A stretch of DNA of 64,000 nt from NCBI GenBank assembly GCA_965223265.1, contig OZ244999.1:4736001-4800000 (forward strand), given 5' to 3'. Source of the stretch: Planctomycetota bacterium (lineage in GTDB: Bacteria; Planctomycetota; UBA8108; SXIK01). The notes beneath the pieces were generated by a model. That model searched no databases. It was not told where the DNA came from and saw only the letters and a list, made by a program, of their open reading frames with translations. Each line of letters starts with the position of its first letter. The stretch's first letter is position 1. A program made the translations under genes and the position numbers. Positions 20,701-31,276 of the stretch are shown here, one piece after another.

Positions 20701-23269
20701 ATTTCAAGACGACGCCCAAAAATGCAGGACGACACACGTCTTCATAGCCTTCATCAACCATTGGTCTCGCCACATCAAATTTATGAAGGCCGTCAATGAT
20801 CAAGGGTTTCAGGCAGGCCTCGCGTCGGGTGAGTTACAATTCGCCGGATACCATCGGTACAACCGGGCCCTGTGTTTGTACTACGAGGGGAAGCCTCTGG
20901 CCGAGCTCCTTCCTGAGCTCGACGAGCTTGCTCAGTTCAGCAGGAAGACGAAGAATCAACACGGCACGGATCCCATCGTCGGTGTTCAGCTTGTCGCGAG
21001 GAACCTTACTGGCAAGACAACCGAGACGCTGGGTTTCGATGGGGAGAGTTTCTCAGAGTCCGACTTCAAGCGCGACCTTCAGGCGCGCAATGCCCGACCT
21101 GCCTGGACTCATTATCACGTGGTCAAATCGCACGCGCTGTACCTTCACGGCTCAATGAATGACGCTCTGGAGTGCAGCCTGGAAGCTGAAAAAACGCTCT
21201 CCTACGTGTCCGGGCACTTTTCTGTCGCTGCACACAACTTCTATCAATCACTGATTTTGGTTTCGCTTTGTCGAGCGACGTCGGGAGAGGCTCGGGAAAA
21301 ATATTTGGCAAAGGCTCGACGGAACCAAAGCCAGATGAAGACTTGGGCAGAACACTGCCCGGAGAACTTCCAGCACCGGTATCTACTTGTCGAGGCAGAA
21401 TTAGGCCGCCTCGAATCTGACAGCTGGCAGGCGGCTATTCTCTTCTCAAAGTCCATCGCTGCGGCCGAGAAACACAACTTCATCCACGACGAAGCGGTCG
21501 CGAAGGAGCTCGCTGCAGAGTTCTGGCTTGAGCATGGAAACGAGAAATTCGCGCACGTCTATCTGCACGAAGCGTCGCATGCGTATCAACAATGGGGCGC
21601 CACGCGCAAGGTTGCAGATCTCGAGGTTGCGCATCCGGTACTCCGGAAGTCCACTAGAGCCCCCGACGACGAATTCAGTGGAACGGTGACGATGAGTCGT
21701 GGATCGGGCGTCGTGCTCGACCTAGAGACCGTGATGAAATCCTCGCAGGCGATTTCGGGCGAAATTGCTCTTCCAAGCCTCTTGGAGCGAGTCATCGAAA
21801 TCGCGATCGAGAACGCGGGCGCTGAGCGCGGTGTGCTTGTTCTCGAACGGGACGGCCGGCTTTTTGTGGGAGCCGAGGAGGACGCGCAGAAACGGACAAA
21901 CACACTAGATTTCGACGAATTGGAAGCACGGGGAAATCTTTGCCTGGCGGTAGTGCATCTAGTTCGACGAACCGGTGAAAGCGTCATCGTCGCGGACGCT
22001 TGTCGCGACACTCGTGTTGCAGGTGACCCGTACGTTTCGGACAGGGCTCCGAAGTCTATTCTCTGCGTGCCCGTGCATCAGCACGGAGAGATCATGGGGC
22101 TTTTCTATCTAGAGAACAATCTCACGACACACGCCTTCACACCTGACCGTATCGAGATCATCCAAGTCCTCGCAGCTCAGACAGCGGTCTCGCTGAAGAA
22201 CGCGGGGCTCTATGAAGATCTCCAGGAGGCCCTTTCCGAAGTTGAGAGACTCAAGGATCGTCTCCAGGCAGAGAACATCTATTTACAGGATGAGATCAAG
22301 TCAGGGCACAACTTCGATTTCATCGTCGGTGAAAGCAAAGAGCTCAAAGAGCTTCTCGGTCAGCTCGAGCAAGTCGCAGAGACAGACGCCACCGTTCTGG
22401 TTCTCGGCGAAACCGGCACCGGCAAAGAGCTGATCGCCCGAGCCGTCCACAGCCTTAGCCATCGGAAGACCCGCCCGTTGATCAAGGTCAACTGTGCGGC
22501 GCTACCCGCAAATCTCGTCGAAAGCGAGCTCTTTGGACACGAGAAGGGGGCATTCACGGGCGCCATCGCGAAAAAGATCGGGCGCTTCGAACTGGCAAAC
22601 GGCGGCACTATCTTTCTCGACGAGATCGGCGACCTCCCTCAAGATCTTCAAGCGAAACTTCTCCGAGTTCTTCAAGAAGGAGAATTCGAACGTCTCGGCA
22701 ATCCGCAGACAATCCAGGTTGACGTCCGGGTCATCTCAGCGACCAATCGCGACCTCCTCAAGCTGGTATGGGCGGGAGACTTTCGCCAGGACCTCTATTA
22801 CCGACTCAACGTCTTTCCACTTTCCGTCCCTCCGCTCAGAGAGCGCGACGGAGACATCCCTCTTTTGGTTCAGCATTTCGTCAAAGGCTTTTCCCGCAAG
22901 CTCGGCAGGGAGATCCAAACGATTCCTCAGGACGTGATGGCCACTCTCTCGAAGTACCGCTGGCCCGGCAATGTCAGGGAGCTCGAGAACGTCATCGAGC
23001 GAGCCGTCATACTCACTCGGGGTTCCAGCCTTCAGATCGATCGCAGTCTGAGTGAGAGGGAAAGAGAAAGCGACAGCGTTCAGGGGCAACTGGCGCCCCA
23101 GGGTACGTTGGCAGAGGTCGAACGTTCGCACATTGAGCGCACCCTCGAGACCACCAACTGGAGGATCGAGGGAAACGAGGGTGCCGCCAAGCTTCTCGGC
23201 CTCAACCCCAGTACGCTTCGATCTCGAATGCAAAAGCTGGGTCTGAAGAAGCCCTCTCAAGCCAACTGA
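17765..23269 (+). CDS. Ser/Thr kinase - AAA ATPase - helical repeat - GAF - sigma-54 activator - HTH fusion (1834 aa)
   Basis: [20 protein letters not shown]; GYSGVGKS and LFLDDLQW; GAF region; [30 protein letters not shown]; C-terminal HTH. Confidence 0.93.
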   Translation: MVPGYSILEKLYTGRRRVVYRALREEDRSTVILKSLLKELPSSQDLTNLKHEFDVLTRLQAPGVIKAFDLAQSGKSAVLVLEDIQGQPLSELIGLGDVDLPAFLRIASKLAATLEAIHRHGVVHRDLNPKNIIFNKKDEELRIIDFGISSLFSEGAQGLHRASAPEGTPAYMSPEQTGRVNRAVDQRTDFYSLGISFYEMLTGRLPFRTDDPLQLLHAHIAKQPPAPHEVKTDIPPVVASIVMKLLAKAPEDRYQSAEGIQVDLQECQRQWSAAEKIEDFPLGINDRTSIFQIPQRLYGRGVETERLLSAFRRATNGSAQLLLVRGYSGVGKSALINEVQVPILDAHGHFIAGKFEQLQRTVPYSAIATAFQQLIRQLLTESESALESWKGRLQTALGSNAQVIVDVIPDVELVIGPQPPAAELGPTESQNRFRLVFQNFTRVFCSKESPLVLFLDDLQWVDAASLRLLEFILTDEDTRHLLVIGAYRDNEVGADHPLSRALQRLRDDNATTEEISLSPLGADHMSQLVAETLYRDGADVGPLVELLKRKTDGNPFFLRQFLRTLCQEKLFGFDPDSRSWRWGIEEIEAMDITNNVVDLMVRKLRRLPEATQVTLRQAACIGHGFDLPTLSVVSGTNADTTSGNLQPALAEGLIVRSRDPLRASQRDGETEQTPTEAPRSAFRFLHDRVQQAAYELIDESERDAVHLRIGRQMLFGLSESEKRDRIFEIADHLNLGRRLIEDDRDDIDLVGVNLVAGEKAKESTAYAAAREYFRAALECLAPDSWSTDYDRCMELHTRLAESEYLNGEFDRSREMTNEVLKEATSATDRATVYDLLVRQYTLSGEYETAIETVRKALSELEIDLPEDDLATALTDELGRIRSLIGDRSTASLIDEPEMTEATKMIAARLLASLCPLAYIASPELCRLAGAKLVRLSLEHGHTPDCALGYSFLGLTYASGLGEYRKAFDYAQLGIRLSERFQDDAQKCRTTHVFIAFINHWSRHIKFMKAVNDQGFQAGLASGELQFAGYHRYNRALCLYYEGKPLAELLPELDELAQFSRKTKNQHGTDPIVGVQLVARNLTGKTTETLGFDGESFSESDFKRDLQARNARPAWTHYHVVKSHALYLHGSMNDALECSLEAEKTLSYVSGHFSVAAHNFYQSLILVSLCRATSGEAREKYLAKARRNQSQMKTWAEHCPENFQHRYLLVEAELGRLESDSWQAAILFSKSIAAAEKHNFIHDEAVAKELAAEFWLEHGNEKFAHVYLHEASHAYQQWGATRKVADLEVAHPVLRKSTRAPDDEFSGTVTMSRGSGVVLDLETVMKSSQAISGEIALPSLLERVIEIAIENAGAERGVLVLERDGRLFVGAEEDAQKRTNTLDFDELEARGNLCLAVVHLVRRTGESVIVADACRDTRVAGDPYVSDRAPKSILCVPVHQHGEIMGLFYLENNLTTHAFTPDRIEIIQVLAAQTAVSLKNAGLYEDLQEALSEVERLKDRLQAENIYLQDEIKSGHNFDFIVGESKELKELLGQLEQVAETDATVLVLGETGTGKELIARAVHSLSHRKTRPLIKVNCAALPANLVESELFGHEKGAFTGAIAKKIGRFELANGGTIFLDEIGDLPQDLQAKLLRVLQEGEFERLGNPQTIQVDVRVISATNRDLLKLVWAGDFRQDLYYRLNVFPLSVPPLRERDGDIPLLVQHFVKGFSRKLGREIQTIPQDVMATLSKYRWPGNVRELENVIERAVILTRGSSLQIDRSLSERERESDSVQGQLAPQGTLAEVERSHIERTLETTNWRIEGNEGAAKLLGLNPSTLRSRMQKLGLKKPSQAN

Positions 23270-23286
23270 GTCGCCTTCCAAGGAGC

Positions 23287-23318
23287 CCGCGGTATTTCGC
23301 GGCCGCGATCCTTCGAGG
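23287..23318. promoter_or_regulatory. candidate upstream activator sequences (two tandem 16-bp dyads)
   Basis: CCGCGGTATTTCGCGG followed directly by CCGCGATCCTTCGAGG, 100-135 bp upstream of the -24 box. Confidence 0.5.
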
Positions 23319-23419
23319 CCGCCGGCGGCGATTCCGTGGGGGCCGTCCTCCACCCTAGTGTTTCCGTAAGCCCCATTTTGGATTGAGGCTACGGAAGACG
23401 CTCGGGCTCAACTATCCAG

Positions 23420-23435
23420 TGGCACGGGTTTTGTT
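23420..23435 (+). promoter_or_regulatory. sigma-54 (-24/-12) promoter
   Basis: TGGCAC-GGGTT-TTGTT; perfect -24 box, -12 GC replaced by GT; lies between the activator and the operon. Confidence 0.68.
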
Positions 23436-23509
23436 CTTCTCGCCTCGCGTCGTGAACGCCGCTTTGGCGAGCTAAACAGCCAGTACCAAGGAGCCAAGGA
23501 GGACAACAG

Positions 23510-24196
23510 ATGGCCCTGCCGAATCCTGGAATGAAGATCGACCCGCAGCGTACCGCACTGGTGATCACCGATCCGCAAAACGATTTCCTCAGTCCGAACG
23601 GTGTCACCTGGGGTGTCGTCGGTCAGAGCGTCCAAGAGAACAACACGGTCGAGAACATCGAGAGCCTGTTCAAGACAGCAAAGGCGAGCGGACTGCCCGT
23701 GTTCGTCTCCCCGCACTACTATTACCCCGCGGACCACGGCTGGAAGTTTGAGGGTGCCCTTGAAAAGCTGATGCACGACATCAACATGTTCGACCGCAAG
23801 GGCCCCCTCAGCCTGGAAGGATTCGAAGGCTCCGGTCCCGACTGGCTTGAGCCCTACAAGCCATACATCGAGGACGGCGAGACGGTCGTAGTGAGTCCAC
23901 ATAAGGTATTCGGGCCGGAGTCAAACGATCTGGTCCTCCAACTGAGAAAGCGGGGCATCGACAAGGTGATTCTGGCGGGTATGTCCGCCAATCTTTGTGT
24001 CGAGTCTCACCTGCGAGAGCTGCTTGAGCAAGGCTTCGAAGTAGCTGTCGTCAAAGACGCCACCGCCGGCGCCAAAGTCGAAGAGGGTGACGGGTACCAG
24101 GCGGCCGTGGTCAATTTCCGCTTTCTCGCGAACGCGGTGTGGACGAGCGCCGAAGCTGTAAGAGCTGTCGAGGAGAGCTCAGCGATCTCGGCGTGA
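23510..24196 (+). CDS. isochorismatase / cysteine hydrolase family protein
   Basis: TALVITDPQNDF, HK, AGMSANLCVESH, VVKDAT; GGAGG RBS. Confidence 0.92.
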   Translation: MALPNPGMKIDPQRTALVITDPQNDFLSPNGVTWGVVGQSVQENNTVENIESLFKTAKASGLPVFVSPHYYYPADHGWKFEGALEKLMHDINMFDRKGPLSLEGFEGSGPDWLEPYKPYIEDGETVVVSPHKVFGPESNDLVLQLRKRGIDKVILAGMSANLCVESHLRELLEQGFEVAVVKDATAGAKVEEGDGYQAAVVNFRFLANAVWTSAEAVRAVEESSAISA

Positions 24197-24349
24197 AGAT
24201 CAGTCCTTCGTGTCGTCGGGCGGATAGAGAGTTCCTCGCGAGGAACGTCGTCGCCGCCAACAGTCTGTATCGAAAAAAAGAGCGCTGACTGAGTCGGGTG
24301 ACTCGGTCGCAAAGTGCAATCACTAACCATGTCCGAAAGGAGCGAAACC

Positions 24350-24724
24350 ATGAAAGCAGCGATCGTTGTTCTCTCAGATCCCAAGCCCGGTACCGAGGAA
24401 GCGCTCGGTCGTGTCTTCAACGCGTTGTCTGCTGCCTATGACTTCAAGCAGCGTGAAGACGAGGTGACCATCCTCTTCCATGGTCCCGGAACACGTTGGA
24501 TCGGTGAGCTTTCGAAGGAAGAGCATCCTGCCCACGCGCTCTTCGGGGAGGTTAAGGACAAGGTAGCAGGAGTTTCTTGTGGCTGCGCGGACGTATTCGG
24601 CGGCTCCGAAGACGCTGAGAAATCGGGATTCGATCTCGTAAAAGACAATCCCGTCCCTGGCACGTCTGGGCTTCCGAGTCTTCGGAATCTGATCTCCGAG
24701 GGATATTCCATCTTGACGTTCTGA
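24350..24724 (+). CDS. DsrE-like protein
   Basis: AAGGAG RBS; ILFHGPGTRW and SCGCADVFG motifs. Confidence 0.75.
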   Translation: MKAAIVVLSDPKPGTEEALGRVFNALSAAYDFKQREDEVTILFHGPGTRWIGELSKEEHPAHALFGEVKDKVAGVSCGCADVFGGSEDAEKSGFDLVKDNPVPGTSGLPSLRNLISEGYSILTF

Positions 24725-24788
24725 ACGCGTCTGCGCGCAGACGCGACACCGCTGTGCTGCAGCTCGAAGTAACGACGGAAGATCAATC

Positions 24789-25727
24789 ATGCGACTCGAA
24801 AATCCATACCACGAAGGCGAGCTGTCCGTTCAAGAGCGGCTCGGAGAAGTCGACGAAGGTCGGCGCAACGGCCGGGCGATCTCCGACTCGATATTGAAGG
24901 GAGCTCTCAAGTACATCGAACAACAGTCGCTTGTCGTCTTTGGAAGTCTCGACCAGGAGGACAACGTCTGGGCGTCTCTGCTGATCGGGGATCCTGGATT
25001 CTTGCGAGCATTCGACGAGCGGACTGTCGAAATCAACCTCGAAAAGGCTGCGCAGAATCGAGACGACCCACTCTGGAGCAACTTCGAACAAAACTCGCAA
25101 GTAGGAATGCTGGTGATCGATCTCGGCACTCGTAGGCGACTTCGCATCAACGGGCAGCTACTCCGTTCCTCTCAAGAGCAGCTCCGTCTCGCCGTCAGAG
25201 AGTCGTACCCGAACTGCCCGAAGTACATCCAACGACGACGGATCATAGCTCGCCTGGCGAAGCCGGTCGAAGCTTCAGCCGAATGCAGACACGGCGACCT
25301 ATTGACGCATGATCAACAAAAGTTCATTCGGTCAGCGGACACATTCTTCGTAGCAAGCGCTCACCCCGAGCGTGGGGTGGACGCTTCCCATCGTGGAGGC
25401 AACCCCGGCTTCATACGAGTACTCAGCGATCGGATGATCAGAGTCCCCGACTACGTCGGCAACCGGATGTACAACACATTGGGAAACTTTACGGTCAACC
25501 CACATGCAGGTCTTGTCTTTCTAGATTTCGAACGTTCTCGAACTCTGCAACTGATCGGCCGCCCGGAGATCCGGTGGAGCCTGAACGATTTAGAGAACGA
25601 GACAGGCGGAACTCGGCGGTACTGGGATTTCGAAATTATGCGGTGGTTGGAAACGAATCTGACGACCGAACTCAAGTGGGAGTTTCTCGATTCGTCACCG
25701 GAGAACCCGAGCACGGCCGCTGGGTAG
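24789..25727 (+). CDS. pyridoxamine 5'-phosphate oxidase family FMN-binding protein (tandem domains)
   Basis: YHEGELSVQ, RRRLRING, YPNCPKYIQ, DASHRGGNPGF, PDYVGN. Confidence 0.88.
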   Translation: MRLENPYHEGELSVQERLGEVDEGRRNGRAISDSILKGALKYIEQQSLVVFGSLDQEDNVWASLLIGDPGFLRAFDERTVEINLEKAAQNRDDPLWSNFEQNSQVGMLVIDLGTRRRLRINGQLLRSSQEQLRLAVRESYPNCPKYIQRRRIIARLAKPVEASAECRHGDLLTHDQQKFIRSADTFFVASAHPERGVDASHRGGNPGFIRVLSDRMIRVPDYVGNRMYNTLGNFTVNPHAGLVFLDFERSRTLQLIGRPEIRWSLNDLENETGGTRRYWDFEIMRWLETNLTTELKWEFLDSSPENPSTAAG

Positions 25728-25790
25728 CCTCCGCACTGGCAGGAGCCACAGAATCTTGAACTCCAACACTCTACGGTAAGGAGAATAGCC

Positions 25791-26324
25791 ATGACGATTT
25801 CTCAAGCAGCAACCGTTCTGCCGCGCCACGAGACAGACTCGAGAGCGCAGCCTGTCATCGACGTCGTCTCTCGGCTCGACGTGGTCGGGTCTGTAGCGAC
25901 GCGATACGGAGTTGTCGGGGTCATCGCGTGGATCGGCGCGATGAAATTCACGGCGTACGAGGCAAACGCGATTCAGGGGCTTGTCGCCAACAGCCCTTTC
26001 ATGGCGTGGGTCTACAACGTTTTCAGCGTCGAAGGCTTCGGAACCACGCTAGGAATCATTGAGCTTGGTATCGCTTTCCTCCTCGCACTGAAACCGGTAT
26101 CTGCAAAAGCCGCTGCGATCGGAGCAGCACTCGCCATCGGGATGTTCGCCGCGACGCTCAGCTTCGTGTTCTCGACTCCTGGTGTCTTCGAGACAAGTCT
26201 CGGCGGCTTTCCGGCTCTCTCGGTGATGCCCGGACAGTTCCTCATCAAGGACATGGCTCTACTCGGTGTCTCCGTCTGGCTACTCGCTGACGCGTTGAAA
26301 GCGATCGCTCGCAGGCGCGGGTGA
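25791..26324 (+). CDS. YkgB/RclC (DUF417) family inner membrane protein
   Basis: RYG..WIGAMKF..YEA..I..LVANSPFM and GQFLIKD signature. Confidence 0.85.
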   Translation: MTISQAATVLPRHETDSRAQPVIDVVSRLDVVGSVATRYGVVGVIAWIGAMKFTAYEANAIQGLVANSPFMAWVYNVFSVEGFGTTLGIIELGIAFLLALKPVSAKAAAIGAALAIGMFAATLSFVFSTPGVFETSLGGFPALSVMPGQFLIKDMALLGVSVWLLADALKAIARRRG

Positions 26325-26412
26325 GTGAGGAGGCCTCAGACAGAGCTCATGCTGAGCTGATGTCGATTTTCGAAAGTTTCGTCGGAACACAACTACTCAA
26401 GGAGACCTGGAC

Positions 26413-26943
26413 ATGAAAACTCTCTTTTCTACTGCAGCACTTACCGCCTTCAGTTTCGCGTCGCTCGGATGCTTCTCCAAAGTCGAGTCGGTCGGGAATT
26501 CGTCTGGAGGAGTTGACGCGGTCATAAAAAACGACCAGGAAAGCCGGGCGTACCTGCACTCCTACAATCTCCCCTCTCACGGAGTGGCGATCGAGGGATA
26601 CTGTCCCGTGGCGTATCAGGTTGTTAACAAACCTTTGAGGGGAAAGCCCGAGCACGCATCGACTTACAACGGCGTAACCTACCGTTTCGTGTCGGCGGAC
26701 GCGAAAGATGCCTTCGACAAAGATCCCGAGAAGTACATCCCTGCGTACGGCGGCTGGTGCGCATTCGGTATGGCGATCGAAGACAAGTTCCCGATCGATC
26801 CCGAGAAATTCAAAGTCGTCGACGGACGCCTTTTCCTCTTTCTGAACAACCGGGGCGTCGACGCCCTGAAACTCTGGAATGACGGAAACGAGAAAGAACT
26901 TCGCCGTAAGGCTGACGCTCACTGGAAGAAAGTGCAAGGCTGA
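26413..26943 (+). CDS. YHS-domain protein, secreted/lipoprotein
   Basis: GYCPVAY, YRFVS, PEKYIPAYGGWCAFG, VDGRLFL. Confidence 0.85.
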   Translation: MKTLFSTAALTAFSFASLGCFSKVESVGNSSGGVDAVIKNDQESRAYLHSYNLPSHGVAIEGYCPVAYQVVNKPLRGKPEHASTYNGVTYRFVSADAKDAFDKDPEKYIPAYGGWCAFGMAIEDKFPIDPEKFKVVDGRLFLFLNNRGVDALKLWNDGNEKELRRKADAHWKKVQG

Positions 26944-27069
26944 GCTTCGCTTCAGTCGTGCGTCTAAAAGGTTCGTCTGAGGATCGCACGCCGTCCGATA
27001 CGACGCCAGATGACAACAACGGACACGAACGTTATGAGATTTCGAAACGAACTACGAAAGGAAAATCCA

Positions 27070-27390
27070 ATGACCGCGACAATCAAGAATGCTGACTTTG
27101 ATCAAACGGTGCTCGAGTCGAGCGTTCCGACACTCGTCGACTTTTGGGCCCCTTGGTGTCCGCCGTGCATCCAGCTCCACCCTACGATTGAGCAGATCGA
27201 CGAGGCAGCGGACGGCCGCTACAACGTAGTCAAAGTCAATGTTGATGAGGAACCAGAGCTCGCTGAGCGCTACGGAATCCAGTCACTGCCCACGCTCGTC
27301 GTGTTTGACGACGGCGAACCGGTCTCGAGGCTTGTAGGGCTCCAGCCCAAACAGACAATCGTAGATCTCCTCGAACGAGTCGAACGTTGA
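27070..27390 (+). CDS. trxA: thioredoxin
   Basis: LVDFWAPWCPPC, KVNVDE, LPTL. Confidence 0.9.
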   Translation: MTATIKNADFDQTVLESSVPTLVDFWAPWCPPCIQLHPTIEQIDEAADGRYNVVKVNVDEEPELAERYGIQSLPTLVVFDDGEPVSRLVGLQPKQTIVDLLERVER

Positions 27391-27586
27391 TTCGGTCTGA
27401 GGCGCAAGCCTTTCCTTTCGAGTTGATCACGGTTCATTGCGATTTCCGAAAGTGCTAAGTCCCACAGTATCTGGCGCGGAAATCCCAGATTAAATGGCAT
27501 GGTGCTGATTCGCGGGTGCGAGATGCGATTTGCGAGGCGAGAAGGCGCGGGTCGTCGTGTCCCGGACGGCACGACGACCCGGGGAA

Positions 27587-27904
27587 TCACGAAGGGCGAG
27601 GCGTGGCGCGAGCGTCACCGCGACGATCGCGGAGCTCGGCGAGGAACTCGACGGCGTCGACGAAATTCAGCCGCTTGACGATCATGACCAGGTCGATCGG
27701 GTTGAAGTTCGTCTCGCAGCGAAAGCAACGCGCGAGGTTGGTGGACGCCTTCGTCGCGGTGTTGAATTCGCGACACCGCGGACAGAGGAAGCGCACGTAG
27801 CCCTCGGAGATTTTCGCGGGGACGCCGAGCAGATCGAGGAGCCACGCGATCGGTATATCGTTTCTCAACGACCGCAGGAGCTTGCCGGAGAATCGTCCTG
27901 TCAT
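27587..27904 (-). CDS. CHC2 / primase-type zinc finger protein (transposon gene 5)
   Basis: FLCPRC...ARCFRC..NFNPIDLVM....FVDAVEFL pattern. Confidence 0.75.
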   Translation of the reverse strand: MTGRFSGKLLRSLRNDIPIAWLLDLLGVPAKISEGYVRFLCPRCREFNTATKASTNLARCFRCETNFNPIDLVMIVKRLNFVDAVEFLAELRDRRGDARATPRPS

Positions 27905-28194
27905 GCGACGCCACCTCCACCGCTCGGCGCCTTCAAATATCGGATTCGTTGCAGGCTCTCGAGATACTCTTCGAGGACGATCTGGAGCGCTCGCAGCTGA
28001 GCGCCCAAGGCGGCGAGATAGGCGTCTTGCTCGGTGTAGGAGGAGCGTTGCGTGTAGTCGAAGTCGAGATCGGGGTACGCGGCGTTCAGAGCGAACAGGG
28101 CGATCTCGAGGTTCGTCGCGAGGGTCATCAAAACGGCGAGCTCAGGATACTCGGCGAAGTCGTTGACTCGAGGCATCAGGGTCTTGTGGAACAT
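27901..28194 (-). CDS. small helical hypothetical protein (transposon gene 4)
   Basis: 97 aa, ATGA-coupled to the next gene, inside the element. Confidence 0.6.
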   Translation of the reverse strand: MFHKTLMPRVNDFAEYPELAVLMTLATNLEIALFALNAAYPDLDFDYTQRSSYTEQDAYLAALGAQLRALQIVLEEYLESLQRIRYLKAPSGGGGVA

Positions 28195-28213
28195 GGCGCG
28201 TCAGTCTCCGTTC

Positions 28214-29005
28214 TCAGGGCAGATGGAACTCGGGGGCGGTGTCGTTGACGAGCGCCTCGGAGATCTTCTGGACGTTCTTGCTCGCGGCCTGAATGAGGCA
28301 GGCGGTGGCGATGTTGTTGATGCGCCGCGGCACGCCGCTTGAGTAGTCGTGGATGAGCGACTTCGCTTCAGGCTCGAAGACTTTCTGCGAGGCGCCGGCT
28401 GCGCGCATCTGAAAGTCGATGTACTCGACCGTCTGCTCCTTGCTGAGCGGCGGCACGTGGTAGCGCACGCTGAGCCGATGCGTGAGATCGGCGTGGCGCG
28501 CTCGGGTAAGCTCCTTTCTCAGGGTCTCTTGTCCGCTGAGGAGGATCTTCAATGGCGGGCCGTCCTCGAGTCCGGAGCTGACCAGAAGTCTCAGATCGGT
28601 GAGCGACTCCGAAGGAAGCAGGTGCGCTTCATCGATGACGAGGATTGTCGTGTGCTCGTTCGCCCCGACGCGATCCAGGATCTGGAGGAAGAGCCGCTCC
28701 TTGCCACGGCGGGGCTGCTCGCCGAGGCTGGAAACCAGGAGCTTCAGAATGCCGTTTGCCCCGACGTAGGTCAGCGAGAGATAGATCGGGTCGTAGAGGT
28801 TGCGGCTCAGCGAGCGCACGAAGAGCTTCACCAGAGACGACTTCCCCACCCCGGTGAGTCCGGTCACCAGGCCGATCGAGCCCGACTTGGCGAGGTACTC
28901 CAGTCGAGCGAGTCCCTGGGTGATGCGCTCGTCGGAAAGAATCTGCTCGACGGGCGCGCGCTCGAGAAAGGGCTGCGTCGTCATCTTGAAATGGGTGGTG
29001 AACAT
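28214..29005 (-). CDS. ExeA/TnsC-like AAA+ ATPase (transposon gene 3)
   Basis: Walker A GLTGVGKS, Walker B LVIDEAH, LSGQ, GVPRRIN; TGATG overlap with the transposase. Confidence 0.9.
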   Translation of the reverse strand: MFTTHFKMTTQPFLERAPVEQILSDERITQGLARLEYLAKSGSIGLVTGLTGVGKSSLVKLFVRSLSRNLYDPIYLSLTYVGANGILKLLVSSLGEQPRRGKERLFLQILDRVGANEHTTILVIDEAHLLPSESLTDLRLLVSSGLEDGPPLKILLSGQETLRKELTRARHADLTHRLSVRYHVPPLSKEQTVEYIDFQMRAAGASQKVFEPEAKSLIHDYSSGVPRRINNIATACLIQAASKNVQKISEALVNDTAPEFHLP

Positions 29006-30567
29006 CAGTCCTCCTTTCTGCCTGCGAGTCGTTGAAGCTCGTAGGCGATGTAGGGAATGGATTTCTCCGGAGCCTTCTCGAAGGCCCTCAGCAAGAGGAC
29101 TTCGGTGAGGCTGGGAGTACGGTTGTAGAACTTCTTGAGTTCCTCGAGCTCCTCGGCGGTGAAGCTCGAGAGGGCGCCCTTGCGCCCCATGAGCCGGCCG
29201 AGAAGGCATGCGAAGTCGGTGAAGGGCCACTGGCGAGAGGCGATGACACGACGGTAGTCGATCCCCTGGGCGCGCTTCTTGAGCTCCTCGTCGTGCTCAC
29301 GGCGAAGAAGCTCCAGATAGTTGTGCTTCGCTTTGGCGGGAGGGGCGGGAGCACCGGCGTCCTCGCCCTCTTCGCGCTCGTGAAGGACGCCCTTTCCGAG
29401 GTACTCTTCGTTGCTGGAGTAGATGAGAACCGTGTCGGGCGCGGAGAAGGGATCGTAGCGGACTTCGACCTTGTCACCGCGCAGACTCTTGTCGACGCGA
29501 TAGAAGCGGCGATCGAGCTGGACGTCGGAGAAGTCCGGGTGAACGCGCCGCGTCTCGCGGCACATGAAGAACTCGGTGACGCGCTGAATGTCGACGTGTC
29601 GGATAGGCCGTTTGAGGCCGGCCTCGGCTCGTGCCTCGGGTGTTTCGCCGGTCTCGGTGTTGACCTGGCGGTGGTAGGCCACGGTCTTCCAGGAATCGAA
29701 GCTTCCGTTGAGCGAGTCGAGAGTGAGGATCTCGCCGGCTCTGACCTCGGCCTCGAACTGGCCCTGTATCGTCTCGATGAGTCGTTCGACGAGACCACCC
29801 GGTGGCGGATCGCCCTTGCCGCGATGGATGAGCCGGGTGACAACGGCAAGGCATGCCGCCTTGAGCGCTTTGGAGATATAGACCTTCGCCTGATCGACAT
29901 AGAGCTCGTCCGAAGCACCGTGCTTGGCCCACGCCCGCAGCAAGCAGTCGATCAAGACCTCGAGATTTTGCCGAAGGTAGTAGCGCCCCTCGACGAGCGA
30001 GCGGCTGTAGCAGTCGATGAGAACACAGAGGAAGGTGGGGACGACTTCGCCGTCGTGCAGCACGTAGGGTCCATCGGCGAAGTCGCCGACCCAGAGGGCA
30101 TGGGTGGAGTCACGAGTCCAGCGTTTCCGGACTTTCCTCCTCTCGACACCGAGCTTCAGCCGCGTCGCGCCGGCGATCTTGAGGTAGCGGAAGAGGGTCG
30201 AACGCGGAATGGTCTTTCCGTGCTGAGCCTGGAGGAACTTGTTGATGGCGAAGTGGGAGCGCAGTGGCTGATCACGCTTCAGCTCGACGGCTTTCTCGAC
30301 GAGCTCTTTGCCGTGGGCACGCGGTTTCCCGCGATCGCTTCGCGGCCTGCGGGCAAGACCCTCGAAGCCCTCCTCGCGATAGATGCGAAGCTTCCGCCTC
30401 AGGGTCGAAAGAGCCGGCTTGCGTCGCGATCCGTCGGGAAAGATGCGCTCTTCTTTGGCGAGCTCGCGGAGAAATCGCGCGGCTTCCTCCTCCGGCACCT
30501 CGCCGATGACGACGGGCTGGAGAAGAGCCGCCCAGAAGATAGCCCAATCGAGATCTTTCGCTTTCAT
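29005..30567 (-). CDS. DDE transposase/integrase with Mu-type C-terminal domain (transposon gene 2)
   Basis: RSDRG HTH region; WVGD, IDCYSR, LYVD, GLVER; GDKVEVRYDP. Confidence 0.9.
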   Translation of the reverse strand: MKAKDLDWAIFWAALLQPVVIGEVPEEEAARFLRELAKEERIFPDGSRRKPALSTLRRKLRIYREEGFEGLARRPRSDRGKPRAHGKELVEKAVELKRDQPLRSHFAINKFLQAQHGKTIPRSTLFRYLKIAGATRLKLGVERRKVRKRWTRDSTHALWVGDFADGPYVLHDGEVVPTFLCVLIDCYSRSLVEGRYYLRQNLEVLIDCLLRAWAKHGASDELYVDQAKVYISKALKAACLAVVTRLIHRGKGDPPPGGLVERLIETIQGQFEAEVRAGEILTLDSLNGSFDSWKTVAYHRQVNTETGETPEARAEAGLKRPIRHVDIQRVTEFFMCRETRRVHPDFSDVQLDRRFYRVDKSLRGDKVEVRYDPFSAPDTVLIYSSNEEYLGKGVLHEREEGEDAGAPAPPAKAKHNYLELLRREHDEELKKRAQGIDYRRVIASRQWPFTDFACLLGRLMGRKGALSSFTAEELEELKKFYNRTPSLTEVLLLRAFEKAPEKSIPYIAYELQRLAGRKED

Positions 30568-30607
30568 GATCACACCTCGCATGGGGCGAGCGAGGCGTGA
30601 TTCTCGC

Positions 30608-31276
30608 TCACGCCCAGGCTGCGGAGGTTGCCAAGTCGGGGAAGATCGATCGGCCGAAGAGGGAACGGAACACCTGGTCGATCGAGAGAGCTCGAAGTGC
30701 CGCGACGAGAGTGTCCCGCCGTGATTCGCTTCGGTACTTGGCTGGACGGACGGCGAAGACCTTGCGGAAGATGTCGGACCTCGCCGAGCGCTCTCGGATG
30801 AGGCGGAGAGCCTCCAGGAGCGTGGCGTTGAGAGAGCGAAAGAACGAAAGCCAACGATGAAGTGTTGAGTGCGCGAGGCTGCGCTCGTCGATCGCTCCCC
30901 TGTCGTCACCCTCGTGGAAGACGGGCATGTGTTCGACCTTGACGGCTTCGCGATACGAAAGCTCGTCGATCTGGAGGTAGCGCCGAGCGTGATCGAAAAC
31001 GCAGTCGCGAACGTAGCGTTTCCCCGGCAGCGCGAAGGGCGGGTAGAGCGTGAAGGAGCGCTTACACAGAGGACACTTCCAGCGACTCAGAAGCGACAGG
31101 ACAGGTTCGACCAGACGCCTGACGATAACGAGGAACACGCGCTCTCGGTGACCGCGGTAGCGGAACCGATCTGGCTCCCCGCTGCAATTCGGGCAGCGGT
31201 TACAGGTCGGCTGGATCTCACGGCGGCGAACAGCTTCGCCATAGCTCTGTATCGCGTTGACCAAATGGGGTAGCAT
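30608..31276 (-). CDS. zinc-ribbon/HTH protein, DUF6431-like (transposon gene 1)
   Basis: CPNC, RWKCPLCKRSFTLYP, AHSTLHRW. Confidence 0.7.
   Translation of the reverse strand: MLPHLVNAIQSYGEAVRRREIQPTCNRCPNCSGEPDRFRYRGHRERVFLVIVRRLVEPVLSLLSRWKCPLCKRSFTLYPPFALPGKRYVRDCVFDHARRYLQIDELSYREAVKVEHMPVFHEGDDRGAIDERSLAHSTLHRWLSFFRSLNATLLEALRLIRERSARSDIFRKVFAVRPAKYRSESRRDTLVAALRALSIDQVFRSLFGRSIFPDLATSAAWA

Noticed and set aside
27400-27419. AGGC-GCAA-GCCT hairpin with pyrimidine tail after trxA
   Set aside because: The 4-5 bp stem is too weak to call a terminator
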